Assembly: GCA_965203745.1 (NCBI GenBank)
Contig: CBDBDK010000001.1
Location: 1,955,328-2,019,327, forward strand
Source: an uncultured Candidatus Binatia bacterium
Lineage (GTDB): Bacteria; Desulfobacterota; Binatia; Bin18
DNA: 64,000 nt
Reading direction: 5' to 3'
Shown: positions 61,540 to 64,000 of the stretch, one piece after another
Numbering within the stretch: position 1 is the stretch's first letter
Layout: each line of letters starts with the position of its first letter
Program-made: the position numbers and the translations under genes
Notes under the pieces: model-generated
The model's input: only the letters and a program-made list of their open reading frames with translations
Told to the model about the DNA's origin: nothing
The model's database searches: none

Positions 61540-62388
61540 ATGGCTCAGGCGCAAGCAGTACAAAATGCACCAAAAGGTTCCGGCGATGGTTCCATGACAA
61601 CTGGCAATCCCGCCAATCCGACTGATTGGTCAGTCGGCTGGCATCCTCTCTTCTGGGGGTGCGGGCTGATCATGCTGGCGAATGTCTTTTTCTGGTACTG
61701 GAACTACGCCTTTATGTTCACTGCCGGACTGAACTCAGCAAGCGCTGAATTCACGATGTATTACTGGACGCTGTTCTGGGGTGAATTGATTGTCTTAGGC
61801 GTATTCAGCGGAGTATGGTTGGGCTGGCTCATCCGGAATGGCCGGGCCATTCAAGGACAGGAATGCTCACCCGCCGAAGAAACGCGCCGGATTGCGATTT
61901 TGTGGAGCCTCGTTGGCGCGACGAGTCTGGCTATCTATCTGATGGCCAGCTTCTGGCCGAACTGGGATGGGTCGTGGCACCAAACCATGGTTCGTGACAC
62001 GGCATTCACCCCGACCCACATCCCGATGTTTTATTTTTTCTTCCCCCTCTCGGTTGTGTTGGCCGTCGGGACCTATATCTACGGGCGGTTCCATATCCCC
62101 GCGCTGTACGGAAAAGACAAGGGATTTCCCTGGTCGTTCTTTCTGCTGATCAGCGCCTGTGTACTCGAATGCATGGCAGTCGCTGCCAATGAGTGGGGCC
62201 ATAGCCTGTGGATATCTGAAGAAATCTTCTCTGTTCCGTTTCACTGGCCGTTTGTGATTTACGGCTGGCTTGCGGCGGGTATGTTTGCGGTGTGGGGCGA
62301 GACGCTAGTGCGCATGTTCGAGATAGAGAAGATCGAAGAGGATACCAACCCGGAAGCCTCGCTTGAGTCGCCGATCGCCGCCGATTAA
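61540..62388 (+). CDS. xmoC: copper membrane monooxygenase subunit C (PmoC/AmoC family)
   Basis: Matches PmoC/AmoC conserved blocks: SWHQTMVRDTAFTPTHI (cf. GTWHQTIVRDTDFTPSHI), NEWGHSLWISEEIF (cf. NEWGHTFWFMEELF), VPFHWPFVIYGW. GAGGAGG RBS. Confidence 0.85.
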   Translation: MAQAQAVQNAPKGSGDGSMTTGNPANPTDWSVGWHPLFWGCGLIMLANVFFWYWNYAFMFTAGLNSASAEFTMYYWTLFWGELIVLGVFSGVWLGWLIRNGRAIQGQECSPAEETRRIAILWSLVGATSLAIYLMASFWPNWDGSWHQTMVRDTAFTPTHIPMFYFFFPLSVVLAVGTYIYGRFHIPALYGKDKGFPWSFFLLISACVLECMAVAANEWGHSLWISEEIFSVPFHWPFVIYGWLAAGMFAVWGETLVRMFEIEKIEEDTNPEASLESPIAAD

Positions 62389-62451
62389 TGCAGCGGCGTG
62401 GGCGTGGATCGCTAAACATATCGAAAATCCTCGTGCAGAGAGGAAGGACGC

Positions 62452-63255
62452 ATGGCGACGGAAACCACCACCGTAACCGACATCGCAGATGCGGCGGAAC
62501 GGCAGAGGCGGCTTGAACTCAAAGAACTGCTCAACAAGAAATATAAGTGGGTTGATTGGAAGTGGGATCTTGTTTTCTGGACCACGGCAGTTTTCGTGGT
62601 AGCCGGTGCCGCTGACATCACCAAGCAGTTGTTTGCCGGTGACTGGGATTTCTGGACGGATTGGAAAGACCCACAGTGGTGGCCAGTAGTCACGGCCTTT
62701 GCCACCATCATCATCCCCTCGACGCTGCAATACATTCAGTGGACGGCTTGGCGCTTTCCGACTGGTGCGACCTACACCGCGTGTTGTTTGTTTTTTGCGG
62801 CCTGGGTTGGGCGGTATTTCCAGTGGGACCTCGCGGCGACCTACCCTATGAACTTCGTGTGGCCTGCCTCCGTCGTTTGCGCCGGGATTTTGATGGACTG
62901 GACCTTAATGAAAACCAAGAGCTTCATCCTCACCTCGTTGATCGGGGCTCATGTGTGGGCGATTGCGGTGTGGGCCTATAATTACGTTCCCTTGGCTGCC
63001 TTTCTCCAGCCGGCCCATTTTATGGATCATGTGGTGACGGTTGCTGATGTTCAGGGCATTGCCTATATCCGCTCTCAAACCCCGGAATACCTTCGGCTGA
63101 TTGAACGCGGCGCGTTGCGGAGTTTCCTGGGTGAGACGCAATACGTTTCGCTGGCCTTTGGCGGAACGGCGGCTTTTGCTGGCTACTGGATCGGTCAATT
63201 TATTGGCCGGTATCTGGCAGTGTGGCCGATTCGGCGCTATCTGAAAACTGTATGA
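62452..63255 (+). CDS. xmoA: copper membrane monooxygenase subunit A (PmoA/AmoA family)
   Basis: AGDWDFWTDWKDPQWWPVVT (cf. AmoA [20 protein letters not shown]). Also FPTGAT, YPMNFVWP, LMDWTL, QTPEYLRLIERGALRSF. Confidence 0.9.
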   Translation: MATETTTVTDIADAAERQRRLELKELLNKKYKWVDWKWDLVFWTTAVFVVAGAADITKQLFAGDWDFWTDWKDPQWWPVVTAFATIIIPSTLQYIQWTAWRFPTGATYTACCLFFAAWVGRYFQWDLAATYPMNFVWPASVVCAGILMDWTLMKTKSFILTSLIGAHVWAIAVWAYNYVPLAAFLQPAHFMDHVVTVADVQGIAYIRSQTPEYLRLIERGALRSFLGETQYVSLAFGGTAAFAGYWIGQFIGRYLAVWPIRRYLKTV

Positions 63256-63274
63256 GACGAATATGAGGTGCGGT

Positions 63275-63616
63275 ATGTCTTTCGAACCTCAGCAGCTCGC
63301 CGGATACGGAAGAGTCTGCTCTGTGCTCATGGCTCTTCTTGCCGGCCTGTCTCTGTTTCCTTCCCCCGTGTATGCGCACGGTATGAATATCTCTGAAATA
63401 GCCCCGCCCGTCATGACCGCAGGCGTTTTGGCGTTTGTGTGTTACTGGCTGGTGGTTTTGTGGCCGGCGTCGAAGGGTGTGGAGACGGACGGACGCGGAT
63501 CGCCGGAAACGGACCGGATTATTCGCATCAAGCGCAAGCCCCGCCTGCGCGTCATAGAAACCAAGTCTCAGCTCCCGGACGAACAGCCCGAACCCAGGAG
63601 AGCGGCGGATGGCTAA
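63275..63616 (+). CDS. small membrane protein encoded between CuMMO A and B subunit genes
   Basis: Signal peptide ends VYA|HG. One TM helix (VMTAGVLAFVCYWLVVLWPA). Basic/Pro-rich C-terminal tail. An alternative start is at 63263. Confidence 0.4.
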   Translation: MSFEPQQLAGYGRVCSVLMALLAGLSLFPSPVYAHGMNISEIAPPVMTAGVLAFVCYWLVVLWPASKGVETDGRGSPETDRIIRIKRKPRLRVIETKSQLPDEQPEPRRAADG

Positions 63617-63626
63617 GCGATTCGTG

Positions 63627-64000
63627 ACTGGCAGTGAAAGAGTAAGCGTGTCCTCCAATAGATATAAGATGCTGGGCACGTTTACTCTTTTTGGCGTGCT
63701 ATTCGTACTGGCCGTTGTTGCTGCCAATACGCCGCACGCCTTTGCTCACGGTGAGGCTGCCGACGAACCGTTTTTGAAAAACATGACCACGGCTTTCTTC
63801 AATGTCAGCGTGTCGCCGACTGAAATTGAGGTTGGAGAGCCGGTCAAGGTTACGGGGTCGGTCAAGATTCTCGAAACCTGGCCGCATACGCTGGAAACAC
63901 CGGAAATCGCTTCTATTATGCCGGTCGTTCCCGGACCAGTCTTTGTGCTCAAAGAGCGTTTTGTCAATGGAACGGCTGCGATCGGATCGTTCTTTGCCCA
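63627..64000 (+). CDS. xmoB: copper membrane monooxygenase subunit B (PmoB/AmoB family), 5' part (runs off window)
   Basis: Signal peptide ends AFA|HGEAADEPFL (cf. PmoB mature N-terminus HGEKSQAAF). WPHTLETPE and PGPVFVLKERFVNG (cf. PGPVFIRKESYIGG). Open to the window end. Confidence 0.75.

Overview
High-GC (~60%) Gram-negative chromosomal segment. It is dense, mostly co-directional housekeeping DNA followed by an accessory/catabolic tail. Long antisense ORFs are common in this GC-rich DNA and were treated as artefacts. Contents from left to right:

- **1-4 kb:** the 3' part of a sodium:solute symporter; a DUF433/DUF5615 toxin-antitoxin pair directly beside tRNA-Phe; a GT2 glycosyltransferase; gshB-yhhQ.
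- **4-19 kb:** rsmE; prmA; a tandem-domain M16 zinc peptidase; tRNA-Leu; an FAD oxidoreductase; the gap-tpiA-secG glycolytic block (minus strand); a complete Tol-Pal cluster (tolQ-tolR-tolA-like-tolB-pal-ybgF); ribF-rluD.
- **19-34 kb:** rho with a C-rich leader; rpsB-tsf-pyrH-frr-uppS-cdsA-rseP-tsaB; mdh-sucC-sucD; a TPR protein; ndk; rlmN; mtnP.
- **34-43 kb:** a nucleotide-sugar/lipid-carrier glycosylation cluster (PfkB kinase, undecaprenyl-P-type GT2, UDP-glucuronate decarboxylase-like gene, epimerase); lepA-lepB; an orphan GspE/PilB-type ATPase; an MBL-fold hydrolase.
- **44-57.7 kb (putative catabolic island):** LLM flavin oxidoreductase; a minus-strand trio (YdjM-like hydrolase, TusA-like protein, unknown); four tandem family-III (CaiB/BaiF) CoA-transferase paralogs; a DUF1302-like outer-membrane protein ending in C-terminal Phe; two tandem DUF1329-like paralogs; an Fe-type alcohol/glycerol dehydrogenase.
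- **57.9-59.8 kb:** a single-gene NERD-nuclease/UvrD-like SF1-helicase fusion (Nhi-like candidate defence gene) with lower GC, rare AGG/AGA codons, an apparently leaderless start and paired GATATATC palindromes upstream.
- **59.9-64 kb:** a putative PHB-depolymerase-family esterase, a hypothetical secreted protein, and a divergent copper membrane monooxygenase (CuMMO, pMMO/AMO/HMO superfamily) operon ordered ORF190-C-A-ORF113-B. B is truncated by the window end. Its two accessory proteins and PmoB-like subunit all have predicted signal-peptidase AxA|His mature N-termini.

No CRISPR array, integrase or transposase was seen.
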